From: Phoronis australis
Taxonomy: Eukaryota; Animalia; Phoronida
Direction of reading: 5' to 3'
DNA length: 64,000 nucleotides
NCBI GenBank assembly: GCA_002633005.1
Contig: NMRA01000010.1
Span: forward strand, 861,252-925,251
The notes under the pieces were generated by a model, which saw nothing but the letters and a program-made list of their open reading frames with translations, ran no database searches and was not told the DNA's origin. Every line of letters begins with the position of its first letter. The first letter of the stretch is position 1. Shown here piece after piece: positions 12,301 to 23,428 of the stretch. Both the position numbers and the translations under genes were made by a program.

Positions 12301-15300
12301 AAAGAAGGAACACCATTCATTTTCGTTATTTCGAACATTACATTTGGCTTTTGTGCCAGTCAGCTAGAAGATTTCTGATTCAATGCTTAAGTGATGGAAA
12401 TTTTACAGCATGACTGCAAGAAATTTAAAAGCACCAAAAAATTCTTCTGTTTTACCAAGTTACCCAGAAAACATATACAAGCAAGGGTCAAGTGGATAAA
12501 AATTGACTTTCTGGTATCTTTCCAAAATTAAAACAACCATCCTGGATTACACAGTGATAGAACTCTCCTTAGTCCTGAATGCAAGAAAGCGTCTTGTTTT
12601 CACTGGCTTCGTTTTGGAATGTCAGGCACATTTTCACAGGCCATGTCAAAAACTGTTGAAGTGTATGGCCATTTAAATGTAAGGGAATTGAAAAGATTAT
12701 CATCCAAAAGGGATTGTGTTCAGTTCAAAATGAACCTGACAAAATTGCTTTATCCACTTCTCCATATTTTCGTGTCTTTTATTGATATTGGAAAAGCAAA
12801 GAACACCAGGCCTCCAACAGATATTTATTAACTTTATCCAACTCTCTCCTGTCAGAATTGCAGCCCACAGCACAGAAGTAATATTTCATTTGCATTGGCA
12901 GGACAAACAGAGTAATTAGCTAAGAAAAACTTGTAAAGAATACAACAACAAATAACATGTGAAGCTCCAATGGCGCGAAAAAAAGCCAGGCTAAACTAAA
13001 GTGCTCAATGCATACTGCGGCATTGTGGGTAAATACAGGGAGATTCAAGTTTCACTGTAATACGGGACGGCCCTATTGCAGAACAAAGAAAATAATCATA
13101 GCCATTAAAGCGAGTAGAAATTTATCTGTGGAATGGGATTATTTTCTTAGTTTTAAGACTTGTTATTATGATTTGAAAATGATAACTTCCACGCAGGTCA
13201 TTGGAAATTTCCACAGGTGTATCTGTGATACCTTTGATGCTTCAACGGCACTGTAATTGAATTATAGTTTCATTTGCATATCAAAAAGTGACCTAGAGTA
13301 TCCGGAATCCACATAAAGTTGTTTCGCCCAAAGAAGATATTAGCAAAGGGTATGACTATAATGTTTGTGGTATCAACCAACCCTTTTCAAAAGATGATAT
13401 TTATTAATAAAACATCTGTGATTCCTATATGTGTAACCTTGATTTTTGAGGTCATAGTTCACAGTTGAAATTTCAGAGCTTCTGCCCAGGGATTCGCCTC
13501 GGAGGAGCTGTCAGTCACATTAAAAGCACCCCAGTGCTAACATTTGGCGATCAAGACCTCAGTTATATATTATAATGCCGGCAACTTCGATTTAAAAGCA
13601 CCTTGTGAAAATACGGGAAAACATTTGTCCCACCCTGACGTCTTCCAGACGTTTCATACGAATTGAGTGTTGCAGACCAAAAACTGCTTCAGTGAGCTTT
13701 CTGCAATGGGACATCCTTGAATCAGAAAAATACTAATCTGTTTTGATTCAATGAAGATAACAAACGAAATCAATATAACACACACAAACCTTTGCCTGTC
13801 CCGTAAATTGATAGCTACTAAAGAACCCCGATCAAAAATGGCATCAAAAGAGCTTTCCACCTCACTGAAAAGAAAGAAAGTGGATAAATGTGAATAAGGC
13901 AAATCACTAACAAATATCACATTAGTGGGTGGGTTTAAAAATCATGCTGTGAAAGCTTTCAATTGTTACAATTCACTTTAAGTCCATTTATTAAGACCCG
14001 TCCAACACAGAGCAAACTTCAGCTATCTTTAAACAAGTCGTGAAAACAATGAATTTTTGGACTGACTGATTTCAGAGATAAAAAAATACTTTGATCATAT
14101 CTGCTGTAAACCAGAGTTAACTCTAGAAGGTGAACCATTGGTTTGTTAAAATCTACCTTGAAAAGTCGAAGAGATCACCGCAGTATAGCCTTATCAGGCC
14201 ATCCAAACTCTGAAAAGACAATCGCAGTTTATCTTTAAAAATAAACAGGACAATCACAAAATTCAACAAAGTTTTGGCCAAAAAAATCCACAACCAAAAA
14301 TCAAATTATTTTCGGCTAACTGCCAAAAATTCTGGCCAGAAGTCTATACAGGTTTGACATATTTGGCAAGGTTCTGCCAAAGTCTGAATGGGTCCTGAGC
14401 TGTAGGAGCTTCAAAATGGTTTCACTTTCACGTGGTGTATATCTTGCCGGTAGGCGGTTGAAATAACACAATTTGATTTGGATGTAATAATGAGTATATT
14501 GACTAAATGTTTGAATTTCCCTAAATGAAAAATCATAAAGATTAATAAAGAAGCCTAATTTAATCAGTCTGTGATCATGTTTCCCATCCCTGGCGTCGGC
14601 CTTGGATCCAGTGTTACACTTGTTATGAGGAGTTTCCTCTTCTCTTGATCCAGTCTTCCAAGCAGTCTTCACTTGATGAAATGCTTCGGAATAACCATGA
14701 AGTTCAGTCCATCGAACAACATATATGTTAACATGAATTCAGTCCATCGAATTCTAGATACAATGTACCCTCTTTGAAATTCAGTCCATCGAATTTCTGC
14801 TACACGTATCGGATTGAAATTCAGTCCATCGAATTTCTACAGCTTGTGATATTTCTCAGCAAACCAGTAGCATCTCTTCAGGAATATCTGCGATATCTCT
14901 CTAGCAAGCTGGTTGCCTCTCTCCAAGAAATATCTAATACCTCTATACCAATCTGGTTGCCTCTCGTTGGAAATATGTCTTCTTGAAAAGCTAACGGTAT
15001 ACTTATACTCAAACAGAATAAAGGTGGGCGGGTTAGATCAAAACATAAAACCCACAAACTTCCTCCAAATGTACTCATAGTTCCAAAACAACTTCCCAGA
15101 ACAACATCATAAGATTCCACATATGAACCTAAGCTTTCGCCAAATATGGTCACGGACAGACAAATCTTTAAGTAATTTCTGCTGAATAATAACAAGACTA
15201 TTGTTGTTGTCAGAACTGGCTAACCCCACAGTTGACCAATTCCGGTGAATTTAAAGTTACATAATTCTGCTAGCAGAGCATAAACACATGGTTAGAGACA

Positions 15301-18300
15301 AACATGCTGATTCATTTCCTATGCACTCATAGGAGGCAATAAATTTCAGTAAACAACTAATACCCTTAATTAATTACACAACAACCACTATATACTTAAT
15401 TAATACTCATACTTCTCATGTAATATTATTCTCATGTACATAGTCAACCCAAGTTCTAATGTGTTTGTATCATACTTTAATGATAAATAAATGACATGTT
15501 CATCCTACATAAAATCTCCCCGTAACATTCACAAATACCTTCCTCTGGTAATTTTCATTTATAATTTCACTTATGCAATTGTAAAAAGTTCCCGTGTCTA
15601 AGAGTATACATTTTTGTGTAATTTGCCAAATGAATTTGATGAGTGATGACAAAATGCTGAAATTTACAGTTTGTGTATATACATCATTATTGATTGTATT
15701 TTAAATAACATAATTAAACATAGATGGTCACATCAAATGAGCAAACCAAAATAGCAGTAAAGATAAGCTTTTTGGTACATCACACTACCACCTAGTGGTA
15801 AATTACAGAACTACTTTTAGTTACAAATACCTGGACTATAGTTTGATGAGCATATTAACTAAGCGATGAATTTAAGTCTTCTAATTATTTCAACAGAACG
15901 AGTATGGGAAGGGTGATGATATTTTGTTAATAAAAAGTATAATACAGTTATGCAAAAGCAAACAGGAAAACTGTGGATTACCTTTCGTTGATTTTTATTA
16001 GCGAAACTCACCACCACATGGCCATAGAAAAGTGCCAATTCAACAGAAAAATTCAACTTTGTTAAACTATAGCCCCTTAGAACGCCATCAATTTCCTACT
16101 CTGACCTCCTAAAACCCTTCTTAATTTGTACTCCAATTCAAAATTGCTCATTTCTGAGGAATTGAAATGTTCAAATATTTAGATATTACACAAAGATGTA
16201 ATGAAAATTTGCTCGAAAAGTTGATTTTTGTAAAGTTAATGAAGTATTGGCACCCTTCATCCATTCTCACAATTGGTGTTGTTCGTGACAAAATGTGTTT
16301 TCAGTGACATTTTTCTTAAAAGTTGTCTTGGTAACAAATCATGTATATAAAGGGACTGGGTAAAACATACCCCAAAAGAACTCTGTAGTTTGATAAAGCT
16401 GCAGATATAGTTTCATTAGATAGCACCGATCATACCTATTGCACTCATTAACAAAATTGATTACTTTGGGCACATGCTGATATAAATTACCACTTACGTG
16501 TGCTAAGAAACAAAGTTGTCTCTAGTGGGTGCCACAATAGTCGGACCCATATAAAAATCGCATTTGAAATAAATAAAATGGCCACTAGGTAATGAAGAGT
16601 ATGTTGAATATGTTCGAAAATGAAAAGACACTGTTGCCTCCTTGACAGAAAGTTATATGCCGAATTTGATGAAAATCCATCAAAGAACTCCGACGATACA
16701 GAAGGCAATATAAAAAATAAAATGCCACTAGGGGGCACAGCAGTAGTTGAATCGTTTCAAACTCATCCACATTTGTCGCCAGCTTCATAGGAACACATCT
16801 GTCAAATCTGGAAGGCATTTAAGAGATATAGCAGTGAACGCCCAACAGAGATGACAGCAATAGGCACCCACATGATGAATATGGGATTGCTATGCATACC
16901 TTGTAGACTTTCCCCTTGTATGATTCACAGTCTTCCACAGTGTACTTCAAATTNTGACTTTCTGGTATCTTTCCAAAATTAAAACAACCATCCTGGATTA
17001 CACAGTGATAGAACTCTCCTTAGTCCTGGATGCAAGAAAGCGTCTTGTTTTCACTGGCTTCGTTTTGGAATGTCAGGCACATTTTCACAGGCCATGTCAA
17101 AAACTGTTGAAGTATATGGCCGTTTAAATGTAAGGGAATTAAAAAGATTATCATCCAAAAGGGATTGAGTTTGGTTCAAAATTAACCTGACAAAATTGCT
17201 TTATCCACTCGCTCCAAATTTTCTTGTCTTTTATTGATATTGGAAAAGCAAAGAACACCAGGCTTCCAACAGATATTTATTAACTCTCTCCTGTCGGAGT
17301 TGCAGCCCACAGCACAGAAGTAATATTTCATTTGAATTGGCAGGACAAACAGAGTGATTAGCTGAGAAAAACTTGTAAAGAATACAACAACAAATAACAT
17401 GTGAAGCTCCAATAGCGCGAAAAAAAGCCAGGCTAAATAAAAGAGCTCAATGCATACTGCGGCATTGTGGGGAAATACAGGGAGATTCAAGTTTCATTGT
17501 AATACGGGACGGCCCTATTGCAGAACAAAGAAAATGATCATAGCCATTAAAGCGAGTAGAAATTTATCTGTGGAATGGGATTATTTTCTTAGTTTTAAGA
17601 CTAAAATTATGATTTGAAAATGATAACTTCCACGCAGGTCATTGGAAATTTCCACAGGTGTGTCTGTGATACCTTTGATGCTTCAACGGCACTGTAATTG
17701 AATTATAGTTTCATTTGCATATCAAGAAGTGACCTAGAGTATCCGGAATCCACATCAAGTTGTTTCGCCCGAAGAAGATATTATTAGCAAAGGGTATGAC
17801 TACAATATTTGTGGTATTAACCAAACCTTTTTAACAGATGATATTTATTAATAAAACATCTGTGATTCTCATATGTGTAACCTTGATTTTTGAGGTCATA
17901 GTTCAACGTTCAAATTTCAGAGCTTGTGCCCAGGGATTCGCATTGGAAGAGCTGTAAGTCACATTAAAAGCGCCCCAGTGCTAACATTTGGCGATCAAGA
18001 CCTCAGTTATATATTATAATGCCGACAACTTCGATTTAAATGCACCTTGTGAAAATACGGGAAAACATCTGTCCCACCCTGACGTCTTCCAGGCGTTTCA
18101 TACGAGTTGAGTGTTGCAGACCAAAACTGCTTCAGTGAGCTTTCTGCAGTGGGACATCATTGTATCAGAAAAATACTAATCTCTGTTGATTCAATGAAGA
18201 TAACAAATGAAATCAATATAACGCACACAAACCTTTGCCTGTCCCGTAAATTGATAGCTACTAAAGAACCCCGATCAAAAATGGCATCAAAAGAGCTTTC

Positions 18301-21300
18301 CACCTCACTGAAAAGAAAGAAAGTGGATAAATGTGAATAAGGCAAATCACTAACAAATATCACATTAGTTGGTGGGTTTAAAAATCATGCTGTGAAACCT
18401 TTGTTACAATTCACTTTTATGAAGTCCATTTATTAATACCCGCCCAACACAGAACAAACTTTAGCTATCTTCAAACAAGACGTGAAAACAATGAATTTTT
18501 GGACTGACCGATTTCAGAGATAAAAAATTACTTGGATCATATCTGCTGTAAACCAGAGTTAACTCTAGAAGGTGATCCATTGGTTTGTTAAAATCTACCT
18601 TGAAAAGTCGAAGAGATCACCGCAGTATAGCCTTATCAGGCCATCCAAACTCTGAAAAGACAATCATAGTTTATCTTTAAAAACAAACAGGACAATCACA
18701 AAATTCATCAAAGTTTAAGGCCAAAAAAATCCACAACTAAAAATCAAATTATTTTCAGCTAACTGCCAAAAACTTCTGGCCAGAAGTTTATACAGGTTTG
18801 ACATATCTGGCAAGGTTCTGCCAAAGTCTGAATGGGTCCTGAGCTGTAGGAGCTTCAAAATGGTTTCACAAATACCTTCCTCTGGTAATTTTCATTGATA
18901 ATTGTACTTATGTAATTGTAAAAAGTTCCCGTGTCTAAGAGTACACAATTTTTGTGTAATTTGCCAAATGAATTTGATGAGTGATGACAAAATGTTGAAG
19001 TTCACAGTTTGTGTATAATACATCATTATTGATTGTATTTTAAATAAAATAATTAAACACAGATGGTCACATCAAATGAGCAAACCAAAATAGCAGTAAA
19101 AATAAGCTTTTTGGTACATCTCACTACCACCTAGTGGTAAATTACAAAACTACTTTTAGTTACAAATACTTGGACTATAGTTTGATGAGCATATTAACTA
19201 AGCGATGAATTTAAGTCTTCTAATTATTTCAACAGAACAAGTATGGGAAGGGTGATGATATTTGGTTAATAAAAAGTATAATACAGCAGGAATTGCAAAA
19301 GCAAACAGGAAAACTGTGGATTACCTTTCGTTGATTTTTATTAGTGATACTCACCACCACATGGCCATAGAAAAGTGCTAATTCAACAGAAAAATTCAAC
19401 TTTGTTAAACCATGGCCCCTTGGAACGCCATCAATTTCCTACTCTGACCTCCTAAAACCCTTCTTAATTTGTACCCCAATTCAAAATTGCTCATTTCTGA
19501 GGAATTGCAATGTTCAAATATTTAGATATTACACAAAGATGTAATGAAAATTTGCTCGAAAAGTTGATTTTTGTAAAGTTAATGAAGCATTGGCACCCTT
19601 CATCTATTCACACAATTGGTGTTGTTCGTGACAAAATGTGTTTTCAGTGACATTTTTCTTAAAAGTTGTCTAATTGGTAACAAATCATGTATTTAAAGGG
19701 ACTGGGTAAAACATACACCAAAAGAACTCTGTGGTTTGATAAAGCTGATGCAGTTTCATTAAATAGCACTGATCATACCTATTGCACCTGTTAACAAAAT
19801 TGATTACATTGGGCACATGCTGATATAAATTACCACTTATGTGTGCTAAGAAACAAAGTTGTCTCTAGTGGGTGCCACAATAGTCGGACCCATATAAAAA
19901 TCGCATTTGAAATAAATAAAATGGCCACTAAGTAATGAAGAGTATGTTGAATATGTTCGAAAATGAAAAGACACTGTTGCCTCCTTGACAGAAAGTTATA
20001 TGCCGGATTTGATGAAAATCCATCAAAGAACTCCGACGATACAGAAGGCAATATAAAAAATAAAATGTCACTAGGGGGCACAGCGGTAGTTGAATCGTTT
20101 CAAACTCATCCTCATTTGTCGCCAGCTTCATAGGAACACATCTGTCAAATCTGGAAGGCATTTATGAGATATAGCAGTGAACGCCCAACAGAGATGACAG
20201 CAATAGGCACCCACATGATAAATATGGGATTGCTATGCATACCTTGTAGACTTTCCCCTTGTATGATTCACAGTCTTCCACAGTGTACTTCAAATTCTGT
20301 TCCTTGAAGAAGTCTTCAATAGCTTTCTGAACATACTCTACTCCTACTACTGTGTGGCCGAGGTCAACTAACCTGAGTATGTTAATATGAGTGTATGAGC
20401 CAACATATTGAAATAAGCATTAACAACATGAATGACCTTGTTAGAGGCTCTACAATTGACATGTCAAAAGCTCCGCTCCCTTACGAAATCGACAAACAAT
20501 AACTTTTACCCGAAAACGTGTTGTTTGTATGGAAACTGGCAGCTTGGAAACAAAAGTGTGTCAAGAATCCTGCGTTCTGATTGGTCCGTTAAGCTAGCTG
20601 TCATTCAAAATCCTGGCGATAGGTCAATTATTGACTGACCATTTGTGAACCAAGAGCATCGGAATATAACCACTTCAATGCTTAGGGTTTAAATCCACGA
20701 TAACATAGATTATATTTAGAACAAGAACTACTAACAGCACCGAGAAAGAATAACGAGCATATTACAATTATTGAAGTTATTCACAAAAATCTCAGTCATA
20801 TAACAATTTAGGTATTTTTGTAATGATTAAGTGACTAATACCTGAAGAAAAATAGCACCAGGAGAATTTGTATGTATCCCATTAACTAAAACTGAGAGAA
20901 ATTATCAACAGCAGCCCCTTGAATACCTCGACATAATATCAAAGAATACAGCCAAAATGTGAGAACTAGTATCACAAACTCGTGATATTTTTGTTTAACA
21001 ATGTATTCGAAATAACAAATCATCCAAAATTACCACTTCATATCGACAGCTTTTCCACACATTGGAAAGAAAAACTTGACGAGCTTCTTGTTGGTTAACT
21101 TGTCTAAATACTTCACAAGTTGTCTGAAAAACAAAGCAGCACAGTAAGCAACTGCACAACAAATGTTAATTTAAAAAATCAAATTAACACCAACACTAGG
21201 TGATCAACCACAAAAGAAATACATAGACGAACAACAAGTTCATGGTTATTGATAAGTAATAAAACAGAGATTTTGTTAAGTGTCGGCCATCGGACTGGGT

Positions 21301-23301
21301 CCAGATTATTATCAGAATGTCAGGTTGATTTTACTTGAGTCCAGACATTTGCCCGATTCATTTCTGGGAATGGTGTAGACAGAATTAGCCCTGGTTGCCT
21401 TTCATGTTTGTGACGATTCAAGGTAAAGAACCGCTCTGTTCGAAAGTTTTTTGTTTTCTCTGCTGACAGAGATGTATGTATACATCTTTGCTGCCAATCA
21501 ATTTAGACCAAAGTTAGGTCCTGATAATTCAATTTCACTGGGTGTAGCTTGTGCATTTCTCCCTTTAGATGGTTTCTTTTGCTACATTAAGCTCCCCTCA
21601 TTGGCTGATACAATATCTATGATTACTCCGTGTCATGAAATGCAAATTTGCATGCAATGAATGGTTGACCTTTCAAAGTATGGTATTTTTACAGACAACA
21701 TCAGCATCTGAGTCCCTCGAATAGCTCCAAAACTGAGAATAGTTGGTTATCAACAAGAAGAATGAGATTGGAACAGCATAACTACAACCTTTTGACAATC
21801 CAGTGAATGTATTTCTAGAAATATTTGTTTTAATTGCCCTTAATATCCCGTCCACTTACATGGAAAACGCACATGGATTGGTGCTTTTACTCTGGATATC
21901 TATACATATTCAAGATGCTGGACGAAACCGTGGACTCGATGTTGGGCAGTTTCTGCTAGAATTTTGGTTGCGCAAAAAATTATACTGTTGGCTGTACCAA
22001 CTTCAGAACATTGAATTTTGACCATAAAAAGCCGCAACACATGAGACTGAGAGAAAACATATTAGGCTGGACTGGCATGTCCACATGTACGATAAAAAAA
22101 ATCCAACTCGCGAACCAAAACACTTCAGTCTGTCTACTTCATGGGAAGATGAGACATTGCAGATGAAAAGTTTACCCCTGCAAGACTTTTTAGCTTAGTC
22201 AACGTTGACATAACTGGTATGAAAGTCCCAATCTTTTTCTACTTGACTGTTTCCACATACTGTATCAAACACATCATCTGTACATCTTTCTTCCTGGGGT
22301 TTTCCAATGCTGTGTGAACTTACATCATCAATGGGTGTGTTACTGATGCACAAAGACTTTTATTTGCGCCACAAGCAATTGATGCATTGGACCATAACAT
22401 TCATCATCAGTGACCAGTTAACTGTACTCTCCTATAAGATGGGTGTATACACAACTGCATGGCGCTGTGGCCAATAGGGTATTGACGCAGAGCCAGTGAT
22501 GTCAGGAAGAAGTCTTGTTCGGTCTGAATTTCTGGAAAATTTGGACTCCCTGTTAAGAAATCTTGTATAAATCCCTCCTGCAATGGCGAATTTTGTCTGG
22601 CAGATTTTCAAAATGTCCTGACAGATTTTGACATTTCAGGAAAAATGTGCATGACCTAGAGAAAGTAGCAAAATCTTGGAGTATTGACTACCTACTTCAA
22701 ATACTTGTTGAATCGCTAGCGCTTTCACTACTGAATATTCAAATTTCAAGAAATGGGAAGGGTTGCAAGTTATCAAAAAACTGCTGGGATTTTCACCTGA
22801 TCACTCACTTCAAAGGAAACACACACATGCAGGAAAGAAGCATCTTTGTTATGGTCATGTTTGGACTAAAGATAGTTCATGTGCTTCCCTGCTTCAAAGC
22901 AACACCAGTGGTGAGAAAATAACACAACCCCAGGCAAAAATTACCCTTTTGCTGACAGCCCACCTATCTGGCTAAAACACCAATGTATTCAGCACTGAAA
23001 AAGTATTAACATTCGGAAATCAATTTTATACAAGGCTAAAATTGATTTTAAAAGTATAAGTTCTAAAAATCAATTGTTTTGAGCAGCGTTTCAGTAGAAC
23101 TCTGTATTAACTGTTAACTTACGGATGCTTTTCACTTCTATGGAAGCCAATATCTCCATTCTTCCAGCTATCAATCCAGACGTCAGAGTGCATATACGTT
23201 GTCTTTACGCCATCGAAGACTTCTACGCGTTCATATTCATTTCCCTGGACAGTTCCCTCCTCAGATACCTTCCTCACCTTTGCACTCGGTTCACCAGACA
23301 T
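3252..23301 (-). CDS. TPMT: Tandem two-domain TPMT-family SAM-dependent methyltransferase, copy 1 (14 exons predicted, ~506 aa; exon 5B lost at N gap)
   Basis: Join(-): 23123-23301, 21034-21123, 20243-20372, 18599-18651 (or duplicate 14157-14209), 18233-18307 (or 13790-13864), 11802-11935, 11438-11546, 8952-9113, 8490-8579, 6588-6717, 5626-5678, [75-nt exon missing at N4947], 3952-4079, 3252-3364. All introns GT-AG with compatible phases. TPMT motifs W..W..G..GFH, FP(M/F)CGK.VDMKW and GHTVVGVE occur twice; FD...DR..LVA is visible only in domain A because exon 5B is missing. Confidence 0.9.
3952..4079 (-). CDS. TPMT: TPMT copy 1 exon 6B (YVSLIQSLVAPDGVIFVQTFEYPDDRVTSPFNVNRKDLEVLFG)
   Basis: PF.V motif (human GPPFYV); 128 nt; GT-AG. 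Confidence 0.92.
5112..5254. repeat. Minisatellite, ~26-bp unit TAATTGGTGTGGTGGTGAAATATGCT x ~5
   Basis: Direct reading; a single unit at the paralogous site ~33836-33858. Confidence 0.9.
5626..5678 (-). CDS. TPMT: TPMT copy 1 exon 4B (SDDGRTKMYCGDFYDFS)
   Basis: 53 nt; tttcag|...|gtatgt. Confidence 0.9.
6588..6717 (-). CDS. TPMT: TPMT copy 1 exon 3B (LADLGHTVVGVEYVQQAIEEFCSEQGVDYTVDENTQYSGKLFK)
   Basis: GH.VVGVE motif; 130 nt; GT-AG. Confidence 0.93.
8490..8579 (-). CDS. TPMT: TPMT copy 1 exon 2B (MLVKHLDKLVGDRKAKILFPFCGKSVDMKW)
   Basis: Motif I; 90 nt; ccag|...|gtgagt. Confidence 0.93.
8952..9113 (-). CDS. TPMT: TPMT copy 1 linker + exon 1B (TSVTVPTPAPPSSGSKYEHKQVVDGVATVFRDNGRWAEMWESGLTGFHMNTRNP)
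   Basis: tttacag| phase-2 acceptor, no ATG before the conserved region; W..W..G..GFH motif; CC|gtaagt; 162 nt. Confidence 0.88.
10330..11350 (-). pseudogene. Decayed CxC/KDZ (HMGXB3-like) transposase fragments in the inter-domain intron (paralogous remnant ~38750-39780)
   Basis: Frameshifted peptides such as GAWVYLALSDIFY...FSYPTTGCIPVIEC...ISARFHK (copy 2 ORF 39477-39782) resemble the AW..FL.L.DI.Y..F.C..CG..P....CDG pattern; recognised by eye only. Confidence 0.4.
11438..11546 (-). CDS. TPMT: TPMT copy 1 exon 7A (ENFHIDHLESQPFEMLVKFCNLSYANAIYYLLKVR), no stop codon
   Basis: tttcag| phase-1 acceptor; ends YYLLKVR like YYTIRVKK of exon 7B; donor AG|gtttgt phase 2; conserved in copy 2. Confidence 0.85.
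11802..11935 (-). CDS. TPMT: TPMT copy 1 exon 6A (YANLMYSLLSPDGACLLEAFEYPYGDEKFSAPHAVFRDDLDKIYG)
   Basis: Homologous to exon 6B and the TPMT Y...L..LL.P.G...Y...P..V...L..L.G segment; tttacag|...|gtaatg; 134 nt; conserved in copy 2. Confidence 0.9.
12700..12895 (-). pseudogene. Decayed THAP zinc-finger fragment (also ~17170-17335 and ~41335-41500)
   Basis: MKYYFCAVGCNSD.../MKCYCCAVGCNSDGRELDKVHKYLW...IP...KKIW: C-x3-C start, then P and W of the THAP pattern; frameshifted. Confidence 0.55.
13790..13864 (-). CDS. TPMT: Duplicate (probably allelic) copy of exon 5A
   Basis: Same sequence as 18233-18307. Confidence 0.75.
14157..14209 (-). CDS. TPMT: Duplicate (probably allelic) copy of exon 4A
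   Basis: Same sequence as 18599-18651, inside the N-bounded duplication. Confidence 0.75.
14426..15527 (-). mobile_element. Probable solo LTR (1102 bp) with 5-bp TSD TTCAC
   Basis: Absent from the duplicate (site ~18865-18869) and from copy 2. TTCAC at 14421-14425 and 15528-15532. Minus-strand ends TGTTACG...CGTGAAA. Internal repeats of ttcagtccatcgaa x4. Confidence 0.75.
16900..16953 (-). other. Truncated duplicate of exon 3A (3' part) ending at N16954
   Basis: Identical to 20243-20296; cut exactly at the N. Confidence 0.85.
18233..18307 (-). CDS. TPMT: TPMT copy 1 exon 5A (EVESSFDAIFDRGSLVAINLRDRQ)
   Basis: FD.I.DRG.LVAIN motif; 75 nt, GT-AG. Confidence 0.9.
18599..18651 (-). CDS. TPMT: TPMT copy 1 exon 4A (SLDGLIRLYCGDLFDFS)
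   Basis: I.LY.GD.FD motif; 53 nt, GT-AG. Confidence 0.88.
20243..20372 (-). CDS. TPMT: TPMT copy 1 exon 3A (LVDLGHTVVGVEYVQKAIEDFFKEQNLKYTVEDCESYKGKVYK)
   Basis: GH.VVGVE motif; 130 nt, cag|...|gtatgc. Confidence 0.93.
21034..21123 (-). CDS. TPMT: TPMT copy 1 exon 2A (QLVKYLDKLTNKKLVKFFFPMCGKAVDMKW)
   Basis: SAM-binding motif I like human FFPLCGKAVEMKW; 90 nt, cag|...|gtaatt. Confidence 0.93.
23123..23301 (-). CDS. TPMT: TPMT copy 1 exon 1A (MSGEPSAKVRKV...WIDSWKNGDIGFHRSEKHP)
   Basis: ATG in GCCACTATG context; TPMT N-terminal W..W..G..GFH motif; donor CC|gtaagt (phase 2). Confidence 0.9.
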
Positions 23302-23428
23302 AGTGGCTCAACTACAGTGCAGAACGATAAGTGTAAAAGCGACCAGTTGCCGATTTGGGCAACTGAATGAAGGACTGCTCAAAAAAGGCTCGATTACGGG
23401 AGTACAAGTTTGAGTCGGAAGACATCGA

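Larger units (their letters stand above)
12504..20296. repeat. Near-identical direct duplication 12504-16953 / 16955-20296 joined by a single N (probable haplotype overlap)
   Basis: Both units begin tgactttctggtatc and end tacttcaaatt. They differ by scattered SNPs/indels and one 1.1-kb insertion. Confidence 0.9.

Noticed and set aside
21650-22700. Possible decayed transposase peptides in intron 1A (e.g. STKLKNLTGVQTFH in copy 2; AIDALDHNIH on the opposite strand)
   Set aside because: Fragments are short, lie on conflicting strands and have no supporting catalytic motif; not assignable by eye
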